DNA from: Felis catus
Lineage: Eukaryota
Direction: 5' to 3'
Assembly: GCF_018350175.1 (NCBI RefSeq)
Contig: NC_058373.1
Coordinates: forward strand, 105,774,001-105,838,000
DNA: 64,000 bases
Shown: positions 12,561-25,174 of the stretch, in pieces
How positions within the stretch are numbered: the first letter of the stretch is position 1
Layout of the letters: each line of letters begins with the position of its first letter
Position numbers and translations under genes: made by a program
Notes under the pieces: generated by a model
Databases searched by the model: none
The model's input: the letters and a program-made list of their open reading frames with translations, nothing else
What the model was told of the DNA's origin: nothing

Positions 12561-14624
12561 CTGGAGATTCTGTTCTTTTTTGTTAAGTTCTTTTTTTTTT
12601 TTTTCTCTTTGTCCTTAATGTTGAATAATATCTATTGAACGGTCTTCAGTTTCACTGATGATTTCCTTTGCTGTATCCACGATAAGCCCATCACATGATT
12701 TCTTCACTTCCTATTCTAGCATTTCTATTACTTTTACATTTCAATTATTTCTAGCATTTCCATTTACCTCTCATTAGTTTCTTTCTCTCTGCTGAAATTT
12801 CCCCAACTGTTATCCCCTATATGTTATCCGTTGTTTCTACTATATCCTTTATCATATTTGTGGGAATTATTTTAGATGCCTATCTGATCGTTCTAATACT
12901 TTGTCCATCTCTAAGACTGTTGACTGCATTTTCTCTGGAGCCTGTGTCACATTTTATTTCTTCTTTACATTTTTATTGTATGCCAGCCTCTGGTAGTAGA
13001 GACTGCAGAGAATAATGTTTACCTTCAGAAAAAGGCATACCCATACCCTTTCTTTTTCCAGGCCACTAGTATGGGGGGGGGGCGGTGTCGGGGTAAAACT
13101 ATCGCATTTTTAGATAGTCTGGATCTGGGCTTTGTTGCATGAAGCATTGGCTAGATTTAGTCCACCACTGGCTTGTTAATATTTTGAGGCAAAAATGAAA
13201 ACATACCCTTTGGCAAGGTTTGGTTACTGAATGCCGGTGAGACAATCACAGGATTGCATCTTTTTCTAGTTCACAGCCTGGTTACAGCCGTTTGCGTTGC
13301 TGGGTTGTTCTTGTTGTTCTCCAGCTTCTCTGCTGTCCCGGCTGCTGCCTTCGCTCAGTGAAACCTGGTGTGCTTCAGGCAGGTTCCCTCTGTTCTCCCG
13401 CCCCGCTTCCAGGCTTCGGCGGACAACCTCTCTTGTACTTGGAATACACCCACAGCGGGTATCACTCCACAGGAAAACAAGTCGCCACGCATAGCTTCTC
13501 TCCTAGGAACGGCTGTCACTTTCTAACGTTTGGTTCATTTAGGATTTTTTTTTCCATCTCCTCAGCTCTCTGATTTTTTTTTTAAAATAAAGTCTGATCT
13601 TGCAGTTTATCTGGTCTCTTTCTCTGTTAGTGTGGCGATGATCATCTCTTGTGATTTTCCACATACTAATGCAGAAATTCCTTACATTTGCTTTTTTTAG
13701 CTAGTAAACAATGCACTCAGATTATGTCAATAGATTGGACTCTCAGTCTTAGATATATTTTGCTTTTATTAGTGGGTGTGTCTGCGCATGCACACACATA
13801 CACACGCACACATGTTTTGGGAGGCCGTATTTTGGAGAAGCTACATCAGGGACAGTTAACCAAATATCCTTTTAAATCAAAAGTGAGTGTAGCCTTCCAG
13901 TTGTCCTTATTCAGTTTACTCTCTGATAGTTATACTTCACCGATCTTAGCTGATTAACTTATGAAATTATAGGTAAATACTGAATAATTTAATGTCTGAT
14001 AATTTAAAATATTTTCTGTTATTTTATGCTCTCATAAGCACAGTTAAATTGCATTCTTGTGATACATCACAATGTGTTTATTGGGTTATTGGTTTTTGGT
14101 TACTTCTCTTTGCCTTCAAAGTTCACACTCTTTTCACCGCGTCTCTTCAAACATGTAGATTGCAGTCATGAAAAACAAATGACAAGACCCAAAGGGAAGG
14201 TAAAAGTTACAGTATTGAAGTATTAGGATAATTGAATTATGAGTGATTTTCTTTTCCTTCTTCAGAGAGTTCCTCAGGATTTCTAATGACAAAGGCAATG
14301 AATTTCTAGAATTTTAAACTCAGAAGTACAGATAAGTGGCACAGTGAAATGAACCGTAATTTTGTTAATAAAATCTGAATCCAATTTTAAATGATTTTGT
14401 TACATACTTATCTTTTCCTTCCCTCATTTCAAAGGTTTCCTAGCAGTAACAATGGTAAATAAATTACTAACTGCAAAATATTATACTTATTATGGTATTC
14501 AATAGGATAATTTTCAAAGGGAAAGAGAATTTTTACCCTCTAGATGTGCTCTAAAAAGCAAGAGTCTGAATATGTGTAATTTATAGTCTTTCCTTGAAAG
14601 CAATGATAATTTTAGATATACCTT

Positions 14625-15064
14625 ATTTTATTTTATTTTTAATGTTTATTTTTTTTAATTTTTTTTTTAACGTTTATTTATTTTTGAGACAGAGAGAGAC
14701 AAAGCATGAACGGGGGAGGGTCAGAGAGAGGGAGACACAGAATCTGAAACAGGCTCCAGGCTCTGAGCTGTCAGCACGGAGCCCGACGCAGGGCTCAAAC
14801 TCATGGACCATGAGATCATGACCTGAGCCGAAGTCGGCCGCTTAACCGACTGAGCCACCCAGGCGCCCCTGATGTTTATTTATTTTTGAGAGTGGGTGCA
14901 TGCACACAAACAGAGGAGGGGCAAAGAGAGAGGGAGACACAGAATCCAAAGCAGGCTCCAGGCTCTGAGCTGTCAACACAGAGCCAGATGCGGGGCTCAA
15001 ACCTGTGAACCATGAGATCATGACCTGAGCTGAAGTCAGATGCTTAACCGACTGAGGCACCCAG
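14625..15064 (-). mobile_element. CanSINE inserted in the tail of another CanSINE
   Basis: Two bodies; the inner one is flanked by ATGTTTATT, the outer by AGATAT(A/G)CCTTATTTT. Confidence 0.9.
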
Positions 15065-15232
15065 ATATACGACTATGCCCCATATGCCCCTAGATATGCC
15101 TTATTTTAACTAATTTGTCCTCAGAATCAGATTCTAAAAGGAGGCATTTTTCTAGGTACTAATGAATAGAAAGAAAATATGGAGAAAAGTCACCATCTGA
15201 GTATTTGCATGTTATTTCCATCCTGTCTTTAG

Positions 15233-15438
15233 TTTCAAATCCTGTGAAAGAGAATAGGAACATCATTTATTCAATCTTATTATTAATTTGGAATCTCCAA
15301 GGTCTTGCCTTGATTGCTCTTCTGTTTAACTTAATAACCAATTGTTTTCAAGAAATGGAATCAAAGCTACATAAAGACACATCTGAGATAGAAGTTGGAG
15401 AAGGAAAAAGAAGTCAGGTGCTAGATATCAATATTTAG
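15233..15438 (+). pseudogene. Gene A exon 5 (M4, short C-tail)
   Basis: cctgtctttAG| phase 1, then SNPVKENRNIIYSILLLIWNLQGLALIALLFNLITNCFQEMESKLHKDTSEIEVGEGKRSQVLDINI*; shares NP..IY..W..GLA.I.LLF.L with gene B exon 5. Confidence 0.85.
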
Positions 15439-16029
15439 GAGGTTTCCTCCACCCAAACTGCAAAGGGTTTATATGGAACACATCCAAAAGTGTCAGAACA
15501 GGAAGAAGGAATAGTAAAACAACCAAGTGTTTCTCCCTAAACCTCTTGTGCACATTATATTTGCACAAAAAACATTTATTTATTTTAATTTTGTGTTGTC
15601 ATTAAGAAAAATACCTTAAAAATATAATGCAAATCTCAGCTCTCCGTGTCAACTTTCCCCATATCTGCCTTACCCCACACTTGGACTCACACTGGCATTT
15701 GTATACAATAGAAGCTCATTCTGAAAGCCGGGTTTGCATTGTTTTTGTCCCCTCATGTATTTCAGTAAAGGTAGAAATACACACGTACAAAACTGTATAA
15801 GGCTCTTTTCATTGAGATCTGTTTCTTCACATATTATTTCTAATTATCAATCCATTGCCTCTTAAAATTTTGTGCATTAAACAAAAAGTATGTTAACCCT
15901 AAAGTTAGGGCATGAGAGATTTATTTCAGAAGGTATGATCCATAAATTGTAGCATTACCCTTTTTGGGAAAGTGAGGAAATTTAGTCTTTAACACTATAA
16001 AATATTGCTCACTGTGTTCCTTTAAAAAA

Positions 16030-16487
16030 ATTTTTTTTTTATTTTTAAAAAAAATTTTTTTTTCAACGTTTATTTATTTTTGGGACAGAGAGAGACAGAG
16101 CATGAACGGGGGAGGGGCAGAGAGAGAGGGAGACACAGAATCAGAAACAGGCTCCAGGCTCTGAGCCATCAGCCCAGAGCCCGACGCGGGGCTCTAACTC
16201 ACGGACCGCGAGATCGTGACCTGGCTGAAGTCGGAGCTTAACCGACTGCGCCACCCAGGCGCCCCCAAAAAATTTTTTTTAATGTTTATTCTTTGAGAGA
16301 GGGGAAGAGAGAGAGAGAGCATACAAGCAGGAGAGGGGCAGAGAGGCAGAGACACAGAATCCGAAGAAGACTCCAGGCTCCGAGCTGTCAGCACAGGGCC
16401 CGACATGGGGCTCGAACGCAGGAACTGGGAGATCATGACCTGAGCTGAAGTCAGACGCTTAACTGACTGAGACACCCAGGTGCCCCA
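16030..16487 (-). mobile_element. Two nested/tandem CanSINEs
   Basis: Bodies at ~16060-16266 and ~16280-16487; outer TSD CAC(T/C)GTGTTCCTTT. Confidence 0.92.
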
Positions 16488-17234
16488 CACCGTGTTCCTT
16501 TTAAAAGACCGAGTGTGATTTCTCTCTATGTAGACATAGGTGTGGGTATGGACATAGACAAAGGTGTGTTTGTGTCTACAGTTAAGAGCCTTTCTGTAGC
16601 TTACAAAAAGCCCTTTATCTCTACAGTGGAAGGTCATAGCTGAACAACAGCCTGAAAACCTAGTTCTTAGAGTCACAGCACTCTAGAAACCTTTGAATGC
16701 TCAGTCAAAGCAGGTATATTATGCAAAAGCTTGACTCTACATCCTTCAGGCGTGGACCCCCTGCGCCTGCAGAATTGATTCACATTTTTCCCTGTTAAGA
16801 GAAGCCGTTCTGCTAGAAAATGCTTCAGGGGGTCTCTCTCAGACAAGCTACTAAATGTTCCCCTCAGAAGTAACATCCACTGCCTTTCCTGTCTGCCAGG
16901 CCAACAACTAGAGTTAAATCCCTGCATAAACTTCCAGGGGACATGGTGGTCTGTTAAGGAAGAATAGATATTGTAAAACCAAAGAATTGCAAGAATCATT
17001 GGCCTGTACTTGGGACTGGATTTGGAGTGTATGTGACCAAGAATGTAAAACTGGTCATTCAAGAATCATAGGCTCTTGACAGCATTTGACCCTGTATTAG
17101 TCTGGGTTTTCCAGAGAAGCAAAACCAATCTTTTGTTTATATATATGCATATGCGTATGTATATATATATATATACATATATGCGCATATATATTGTTAA
17201 AGTAAACAGGGAGGCCATTAGACTGGGGTGATTT

Positions 17235-17462
17235 TTTTTTTCTTTTTGTTTTTTTTTTTCAACGTTTATTTATTTTGGGGACAGTGAGAGACAGAGCATG
17301 AACGGGGGAGGGGCAGAGAGAGAGGGAGACACAGAATCCGAAACAGGCTCCAGGCTCCGAGCCATCAGCCCAGAGCCTGACGCGGGGCTCGAACTCACGG
17401 AAGGCGAGATCATGACCTGGCTGAAGTCGGACGCTTAACCGACTGCGCCACCCAGGCGCCCC
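17235..17462 (-). mobile_element. CanSINE
   Basis: TSD TAGACTGGGGTGATTT. Confidence 0.95.
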
Positions 17463-17671
17463 TAGACTGGGGTGATTTCTAATGCCTTGGCAGCCTAAGG
17501 AAGCAAACCCAATCTAAGCCTGCCAGTGCCTCAAGGTTAAGAAATCAAAAAACCTGAGGACAACCAATTACAAACAGCCAATTAGATTTTCCCAAGTAAG
17601 GCAACTTGCCTGAGCTATAGCCAATCAATTAATTTCCTTGCTTTGCTTCTGGGTCTTTCCTATAGCTCTTT

Positions 17672-18635
17672 TTTTTTTTTTACTTCTATGCATTTTATTT
17701 ATTTTTTTTATTTTTTATTTTTTTTAAGATATCACTGAAAATTTATTTTCTTTCAATATATGAAATTTGTTGTCAAATTGGTTTCCATACAACACCCAGT
17801 GCTCATCCCAAAAGGTGCCCTCCTCAATACCCATCACCCACCCTCCCCTCCCTTCCACCCCCCATCCACCCTCAGTTTGTTCTCAGTTTTTAAGAGTCTC
17901 TTATGCTTTGGCTCTCTCCCACTCTAACCTCTTTTTTTTTTTCCTTCCCCTCCCCCATGGGTTTCTGTTAAAGTTTCTCAGGATCCACATAAGAGTGAAA
18001 CCATATGATATCTGTCTTTCTCTGTATGGCTTATTTCACTTAGCATCACACTCTCCAGTTCCATCCACGTTGTTACAAAGGGCCATATTTCATTCTTTCT
18101 CATTGTCAAGTAGTATTCCATTGTGTATATAAACCACATCTTCTTTATCCATTCGTCAGTTGATGGACATTTAGTCTCTTTCCATAATTTGGCTATTGTT
18201 GAGAGTGCTGCTATAAACATTGGGGTACAAGTGCTCCTATGCATCAGTACTCCTGTATCCCTTGGGTAAATTCCTAGCAGTGCTATTGCTGGGACATAGG
18301 GTAGGTCTATTTTTAATTTTTTGAGGAACCCCCACACTGTTTTCCAGAGTGGCTGTACCAGTTTGCATTCCCACCAACAGTGCAAGAGGGTTCCCATTTC
18401 TCCACATCCTCTCCAGCATCTATAGTCTCCTGATTTGTTCATTTTGGCCACTCTGACTGGCATGAGGTGATATCTGAGTGTGGTTTTGATTTGTATTTCC
18501 CTGATGAGGAGTGACGTTGAGCATCTTTTCATGTGCCTGTTGGCCATCTGGATGCCTTCTTTAGAGAAGCGTCTATTCATGCTTTCTGCCCATTTCTTCA
18601 CTGGGTTGTTTGTTTTTCAGGTGTGGAGTTTGGTG
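17672..18635 (-). mobile_element. 5'-truncated young felid L1 (ORF2 C-terminus + 3'UTR + poly-A)
   Basis: ORF 17978-18601 gives the L1 ORF2 C-terminus ([13 protein letters not shown]...[26 protein letters not shown]); TSD AGCTCTTT. Confidence 0.96.
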
Positions 18636-18814
18636 AGCTCTTTATTCTATACCTCTTGTACCCAGCTCCTGTTGGCAGAGTGCTCCTAAGCACTTCTGTT
18701 TTGGCACTGACATTTATTTTTGCTCACATTTATTTTTGCTCACATAAACTCACATTTATTTTTGCTCACATAAACTCCTAAAATATTTAATATGTCTCAG
18801 TTTATCTTTTAACA

Positions 18815-19140
18815 GTATAAACCTTCCTTGACTTACAGTGAGGTTGTGTCTGGATAAACCCATCATATGCTGAAAATACCATAAGATGAAAATACATTAA
18901 GTATACCTAACAAACATCATAGCTTAGCCTAGCCTACCTTAAATATGCTCCGGACACTTGCATTAGCCTACTTTGGCCAAAGTCATCTAACACAAAGCCT
19001 ATTTATAATGGAAGGATGAGTATCTCATGTAATGTATTGAGTACTGTGCTGAAAGCGAAAAACAGAATGGTTGTATGAGCACAGAATGGTTGTCAGCCTA
19101 TTGGGTGTATGTCCTTGTGATTGCGTGGCTGACTGGGAGC
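18815..19140. mobile_element. Tigger-type (MER47-like) DNA transposon fragment
   Basis: catcatagcttagcctagcctaccttaaa...ctgaaagcgaaaaacagaatggttgtatg. Confidence 0.75.
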
Positions 19141-19169
19141 TGGTTAGTTTGGGATTAGCTCTCTTGTTG

Positions 19170-19368
19170 GAGAGATCCCACAGAGATCCCCAGCCCCCTT
19201 CCACCATGTGAGAAGGCTACAAATCAGGAAGAGAGCCCTCACTCCGCCATGCTGGCACTCTGATCTCCGATCTTCCAGGCTCCAGAACTATAAGAAATAA
19301 ATTTCTGTTGCTTATAAGCCACCTAATCTATGGTGTTTTGTTACAGCTGCTTGAACAGACTGAGACAC
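19170..19368 (+). mobile_element. MLT1 LTR 3' part
   Basis: ccagaactataagaaataaatttctgttgcttataagccacc...gactgagaca. Confidence 0.8.
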
Positions 19369-19866
19369 ATGGGTCAAATCTGACCTGAATGGCCTGTTCG
19401 CCCCAGCAGACCCCAGGATCAAGGGGAGAGAGGCGACAAGGAAGAACACTGCAGCCTTCTTTTTTCTTTCCACTTCGGGATGTATTTACAGGTATGATAT
19501 AGAGGGATCAGATGCAACAAGTAACTTCTATCTTCTGGTTTCAAGAATGTTTAATGAAGCCCTGTTATTCCCCTGGCTGCCTCATCATGACAAGAAGGCA
19601 ACTATGTTGCAATAAGCAAATCTGTCCAGTAATGACCCTGGGAATTCATTCCAGGTAGCATGGAGATTAAGGTGGCAGGAACTAGGGGTATCTACCCTTG
19701 TGCCAGAGCTTCCCTCCCCTGGCCCTGACACCATCCCCAGAAGGGGCTACAACTTCCCACAGGTCCCAGCATCTCCAGGTGCTGGGCAGCCGTGTTTCCC
19801 AGGCCACTCCCTAAAGGGCTGCATCTAAAGCCAGAATGCCTGGCACCTAAACACTCGTGTTTGTTT

Positions 19867-20069
19867 CAACGTTTATTTATTTTTGGGACAGAGAGAGACA
19901 GAGCATGAACGGGGGAGGGGCAGAGAGAGAGGGAGACACAGAACCGGAAGCAGGCTCCAGGCTCCGAGCCATCAGCCCAGAGCCCGCCGCGGGGCTTGAA
20001 CTCACGGACCGCGAGATCGTGACCTGGCTGAAGTCGGACGCTTAACCGACTGCGCCACCCAGGCGCCCC
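19867..20069 (-). mobile_element. CanSINE (young)
   Basis: TSD TCGTGTTTGTTT; CpG-rich body. Confidence 0.95.
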
Positions 20070-22345
20070 TCGTGTTTGTTTCTAGTAAAGTCAGCCTCAT
20101 GCCTAACCAGTAAGAAGTGTGGAAAGAAATGAAGACAACTCAGCTGAGAACAAACAAGGGTTATCAGAGCTCCCCAAACTTTTAATGGCTGAACCCTTAA
20201 AGAAAGATCTGTGTCATTAATACATTACTAAGCTTTAGGCTGAGTGTTTGGGCGATCTCTTTCTGCTTCGTTGTACTTCTCACAAAAGGTTTAAGGTGCC
20301 AAGCCAACCTCCCTAAAATGTACAAATGTATCATGCAAGTGTATTGGCCTAGACTTCAGAGAGGATAAAAAGAATTTCTTTGAGGTCTCCTTCACTCAAT
20401 TACCTATGAATCCTCACTAAGCTATTTGCCTCCTTAGTGGAAAAGTCTATTTATACTCCTACTGATAAAGATTCTCTAGGAATCTTTTAGACAGTGGGTA
20501 CACGTACTTCACCTAGAAGCTAGTTTAGGGATTGTACATAACAAATATTACTTCCCCACTGCCGTGTATATGTAATAATTTGATCCTTTACATTGCTGAA
20601 CATAACCCCATACGGCCCAGACTTTACTCAAAGACTGAGTACGTGATCTGAGTGTTGTTAATAATTTAAGTCTGTAGTTAGTATCTTCCATGGAAGGCAA
20701 AAACTTGTCCTGGTGATCCTAGGTAGCTAGAAGTTGCCTTGTTCCTTAAGAGGAAATGGTCTTGAAGAAAGCAAAATTATACTATCACCTATGAACAGTA
20801 CTGGACATTATTAGAATCAACAGAATCAAGGGAACCACACTGGAAAAGGAGAGAAAAGAATCAACTAGCATCTTTTAAGTAATTGTTGTGTGATCCTTTC
20901 TATTTCTTAGTCCCTGTTAAGCTGTGTGTTCAGTCTTCATACCCAAAGTTTTTGAGCCTACGGCTAACCCAAAACATGCTTCTGTTTGACCTCAAGGACT
21001 TTCTACTTTGCTTTAATCCCTTCCGTGATTGGTAATATCAAGACGCTCTGTCCAGGGTTAGTCAGCGTGGTTGACCTAAAATGGATCCCTCTGATTTTGT
21101 GAAACAAAAATGTATATGGCTATTTCTGTCCTAACCAACGTTTGGGGTTTTTTGTTTTTTGTTTGTTTAGTCAGATTTTTTTTCTCATTGAACAATGTCC
21201 TCTTTATCATGGAAAGTAAATGAGGCTATTCTAATTTTACTTCAAGTTCAAAGCTCTTTATTACATATTTGCAAAGTTCTTCATGGTGGGTGTGGCCAAA
21301 CACCACCCAGACTATTCCCTCTTTTGTCTTTTTCTACTACATGCAATAGACAGAGGATCTTGTCCTGATGCCATCTTCCTGAGAAGATAATCTGGATAAG
21401 TGAACATGAAGAGAGTAGAGGGAGAGTAGAGCCCAGGCCAGATTCACCCTGGGCTACCTCATAGTCCTGAGTGTATGGAGGTAGAGGGCATGCGGTTCAT
21501 TCACCATCAAGCTTTGAAGGGCCACTGCAACTCAGGAATTCACACAGGGGACTATGGCAGTGAACAGAGCAGGAGCTCAATGGACGTGTCATTTTGGACA
21601 CAACAGGGGACGAGTGCTTCGGCTGTGGCCAGAGAGGCTGCCTGCTCAGCCTCTCTGAGTGTAGCTTTGATATAATTTCAAAGAACCAGCTTCGAGTAGT
21701 GGGTTATGGGTTCAGCTTTTGGCTTTGTCCAGCAGAGCTGAGGACGGCAAAGGACTAGTCAAGACTCCATGCAAGTCAAGAGAGGTGAGCAAGAGGCTAT
21801 GAGAAGTCTCCCCAAGCTGATCTCAAGCTCCCGTACTTATTAAACATACATTCAGGGAAACAATGTGCAATAAATTGGTGGGCTACGTGCCAGTAAGAAC
21901 GTATTGAAAATGTGCAGAAAAACAAATTAAGACAGGATAAAATATTCTGTGTGACAACGTGGTCTAAGGAATTTGTAAGCATAGGCAGGACCCAACCTCT
22001 AGATATATGTTAACTAGATAAGTGAAGTATGGCCCGCTGTTTTCAGCAAGTCCAGAAGGCAGTGTTCTGCTTTGCAGTGCATTCCCCGTAATCTCCCAAC
22101 CCAGGATATAGCTATTTGATTTCCCACAGTGGGTGTGATGTTCTATAGCCTTAAGGAGATGTATCTGAGTTCTAGATCCTGGGGCAAAGCAGGAGGAACC
22201 AATGTTAGTCCTTTGGACAGGAAATGCTTCACAAAGACTTCTGGGGATTACCTACAGAAGGAGGAATGCCAGGAGGAACAAAAGCCATTTTAACCACTAT
22301 CAAGACAGGGATTCCAGCAGTTTGATCGGAACATGGACAGAAGAT

Positions 22346-22530
22346 CGGGTGCCTGGGTAGCCCTGTCAGTTAAGTGTCTGACTCTTGATTTCAGCTCAGG
22401 TCATGATCTCGTGGTTCATGAGATATAGCCCCACAGTGGAATGCTTGGGATCCTCTCTCTCCCTCTCTCTCTGCCTCCTCCCCACTCATGTGCTCTCTTT
22501 CAAAAATAACATTGAAAAAAAAAGAACATT
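22346..22530 (+). mobile_element. Older CanSINE
   Basis: gggtgcctgggtagc...gctcaggtcatgatctc...(CT)n and A tail. Confidence 0.85.
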
Positions 22531-22829
22531 AAAATGTGTTGAACTCTCTTGTCTACTGATGGCCTCCCTCCCCTTTTCTTCATTAGTCTGGTTTACCTGA
22601 ATAGAGTATTGACTTAAGGAAAGGTGAACTTGGTAAGTTGAATGCCTGGGAAAATCTGATCTATGAATCTGGGTCAAGTTAGAGTACATGATTCTGCAAA
22701 TCAGTGTGTTGTACATACTGGAGGGCTGGGACTAGGATGATATGAGCGAGGCACTTATTCATTGCCTTGGGTACAAAATTTAAGGGGACATGCACCAATT
22801 GAGTCAAAATTATTAGAAGTATCAAAATT

Positions 22830-23023
22830 TATAAGTTTATTTATTTTGAGAGAGAGAGAGCATACGTGGAGAGGGATAGAGAGAGACAGAGAGAGAGAAT
22901 CCCAAGCAAGCTCTATGCTGTTAGTGGAGCCCGACATAGGGCTTGATCTCACGAACTGTGAGATCATGACCAGAGCTGAAACCAAGAGTTAGATGCTTAA
23001 CTGACTGAGCCACCCAGGCACCC
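22830..23023 (-). mobile_element. Older CanSINE
   Basis: SINE body; degenerate TSD AGAAGTAT. Confidence 0.88.
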
Positions 23024-23278
23024 AGAAGTATTAAGATTTTAAATAAAGACAGGATTAGTGACAGTGCCATTCTAAGCCATATTGAAGTCTGAAGCAATAG
23101 GAAAAATCGGTAATACTGATCCTCTTTATTTAAAATTTTAGTATTGTGCTTATCACAGATTTTTTGTATAATTTTTTATTTAAAAAATATTATACTGACA
23201 TTTGATGGATCTTGATTAATGAGATTTTTGGAGCTCCTTAAATTTTGTGCAAGCCAGTGAGATTGAAGGAGCTGGCAC

Positions 23279-23590
23279 AGGGGGATCTGGGTGGCTCAGT
23301 CAGTTAAGCCTCCGACTCTTGATTTCAGATCAGGTCATGATCTCATGGTTTATAATTTTGATCCCCTTGTGCGGCTTCACACCGACAGTGCAGAACCTGC
23401 TTGGGATTCTTCCCCCTCTCTCTCTGCCCCTCTCCCATGTGTTCATTCTCTCTCTCTCTCTCTCAAAATAAATAAACAGGAAAAGGAAGGGAGGGAGGGA
23501 GGGAAGGAGGAAGGAAGGAAGGAAGGAAGGAAGGAAGGAAGGAAGGAAGGAAGGAAGGGAGGAAGGAGGAAAGGGAGGAAAGGGAGGAAG
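23279..23590 (+). mobile_element. Older CanSINE with a (GGAA)n tail
   Basis: SINE at 23279-23475, followed by a GGAA/GGGA microsatellite. Confidence 0.9.
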
Positions 23591-24120
23591 ACCTGGCACA
23601 TAAGTAAGTGTTTGCAAAGTATAAGAAGTTTTTTATGACCAATCAAGAAATTGTCGCTCTGCCATTTCCTAAAATATTTCCTTCATTCACAAGGTTGAGG
23701 ATGGCTCACTATACAAAGGCAGAAATTTACCTACTTGTCTCTTCCCACTTAATCTACTTCTGGTCCAGGCTGGGGATGGGAAAGGTCAGAAATGGAGAAG
23801 CACAGTATCTGGACATTACAGGAACTAAAATGCTAAATCATTGAATGAATAAATACTTGCAATGTCGATACCACTACCAATAGTGCATAAACTAGACTCA
23901 TGTATAAATAAGGCAGAAAATGAAAAATTATGAAACCTATGATCAAAATCTATAGTTCAAAAACTGCTTGTAAGCACAATGGTTCAGTTATAGCCAGTTC
24001 TATGGAAAGTAAGAACTGGACACTTGTATCAGAACCTTTGGTATATCTTTTTTTTTCTTAATTATATATATTTTATGCATGGTAAACGGTAAAAAATTTT
24101 CATTAAAAATTTTAAGCACT

Positions 24121-24345
24121 AGGGGAGCCTGGGTGGCTCAGTCAGTTAAGCATCCGACTTCAGCTCAGGTCACGATCTCACGGTCTGTGAATTCGAGCCC
24201 CGCGTCGGCTCTGGGCTGATAATGGCCCAGAGCCTGGAGCCTGCTTCCGATTCTGTGTCTCCCTCTCTCTCTGACCCTCCCCTGTTCATGCTCTGTCTCT
24301 CTCTGTCTCAAAAATAAATAAGAAAACGTTAAAAAAAAATAAAAA
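24121..24345 (+). mobile_element. CanSINE
   Basis: TSD AAAAATTTTAAGCACT. Confidence 0.95.
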
Positions 24346-25174
24346 AAAATTTTAAGCACTCAAAAGAAATAGCAAAGCTGACATACAAGTGGCCACCACT
24401 GAAACAGAATTGATTGAAGAAACAGAAAAGTGGTTTAATAGTTTAAATTTATCCTTTAATTTGAAAATATAAAATATCAGGCAAAAATAAAAGTTATTCA
24501 AGGTATTAAAAATAAAAAAAGTAACAGTATTAAATACACACTAAAGAGAATATCAGAATAAACACTGCTTAAAAATGCAAATTAGAAGAATATCAAGAAA
24601 AATTCACCAAGAATTTCTAAATTCATCATCTTGAAGATAATCTTCTACCAAATGCTATCTACTAAAATTCAGTGTCTTTCTGAGAAAGACCTGGAAAATC
24701 CCATTGCTTGATGGAGAGCATCTTTCAGAAATAACCAGTATATAACAGAGATAGTCCTATCTAAGTAAGGAAAAAATTAAGTTGCCTTTAATTACCACTT
24801 AAACAGTATTCTGGAGGTATTTAATGTAATAAGGAGAAAGAAGTAATGGATAAAGAAATAATAAATTCTAAGAAGGATGTCAAATATTGGTTCCCTAGAC
24901 AATATAAGGAAACAATGAATAAACTACATTAACCAAGAACAACTAAAGTATTAAATCAAGTAGGAATCAACCATAATAGTGCCATGTTGGGATAAAAATA
25001 AATATATAAACTTTAATGAATTTTAATACCAAAACTGGCTTTAAATATAATGGCAGCTGTAAAAAATATCCATCTCCCATCTTTCTCAATAGTGTACTCA
25101 GGTAAGCCAGATTGACGAAGAAGAGAGAAGGAAGGCCACCAGCAGATGAGAGGTTTCAACAAATTTCTGGAAGA

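Larger units (their letters stand above)
4979..15438 (+). pseudogene. K2P gene A: 3' part (exons 4-5) of a second divergent two-pore K+ channel pseudogene
   Basis: Two exons joined by a ~10 kb phase-1 GT-AG intron at the same position as gene B intron 4; homologous to gene B exons 4-5. Confidence 0.88.
17195..18814. mobile_element. ERV solo LTR interrupted by a SINE and an L1
   Basis: TGTTAAA...TTTAACA inverted termini and repeated CCAAT boxes; both inserts have their own TSDs. Confidence 0.7.

Noticed and set aside
14044..14199. Open, hydrophobic exon-like stretch in gene A intron 4
   Set aside because: Phase 0-0 does not fit a phase-1 intron, and there is no pore motif.
16673..17062. 129-aa ORF with YRPMILAILWF, faintly M4-like
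   Set aside because: No acceptor AG at the needed position, no GLA motif and no partner exons.
17978..18601. Longest ORF (207 aa) as a host gene
   Set aside because: It is the L1 ORF2 C-terminus.
21695..21760. VVGYG peptide on the + strand
   Set aside because: Isolated GYG with no K2P context; a stop follows shortly.
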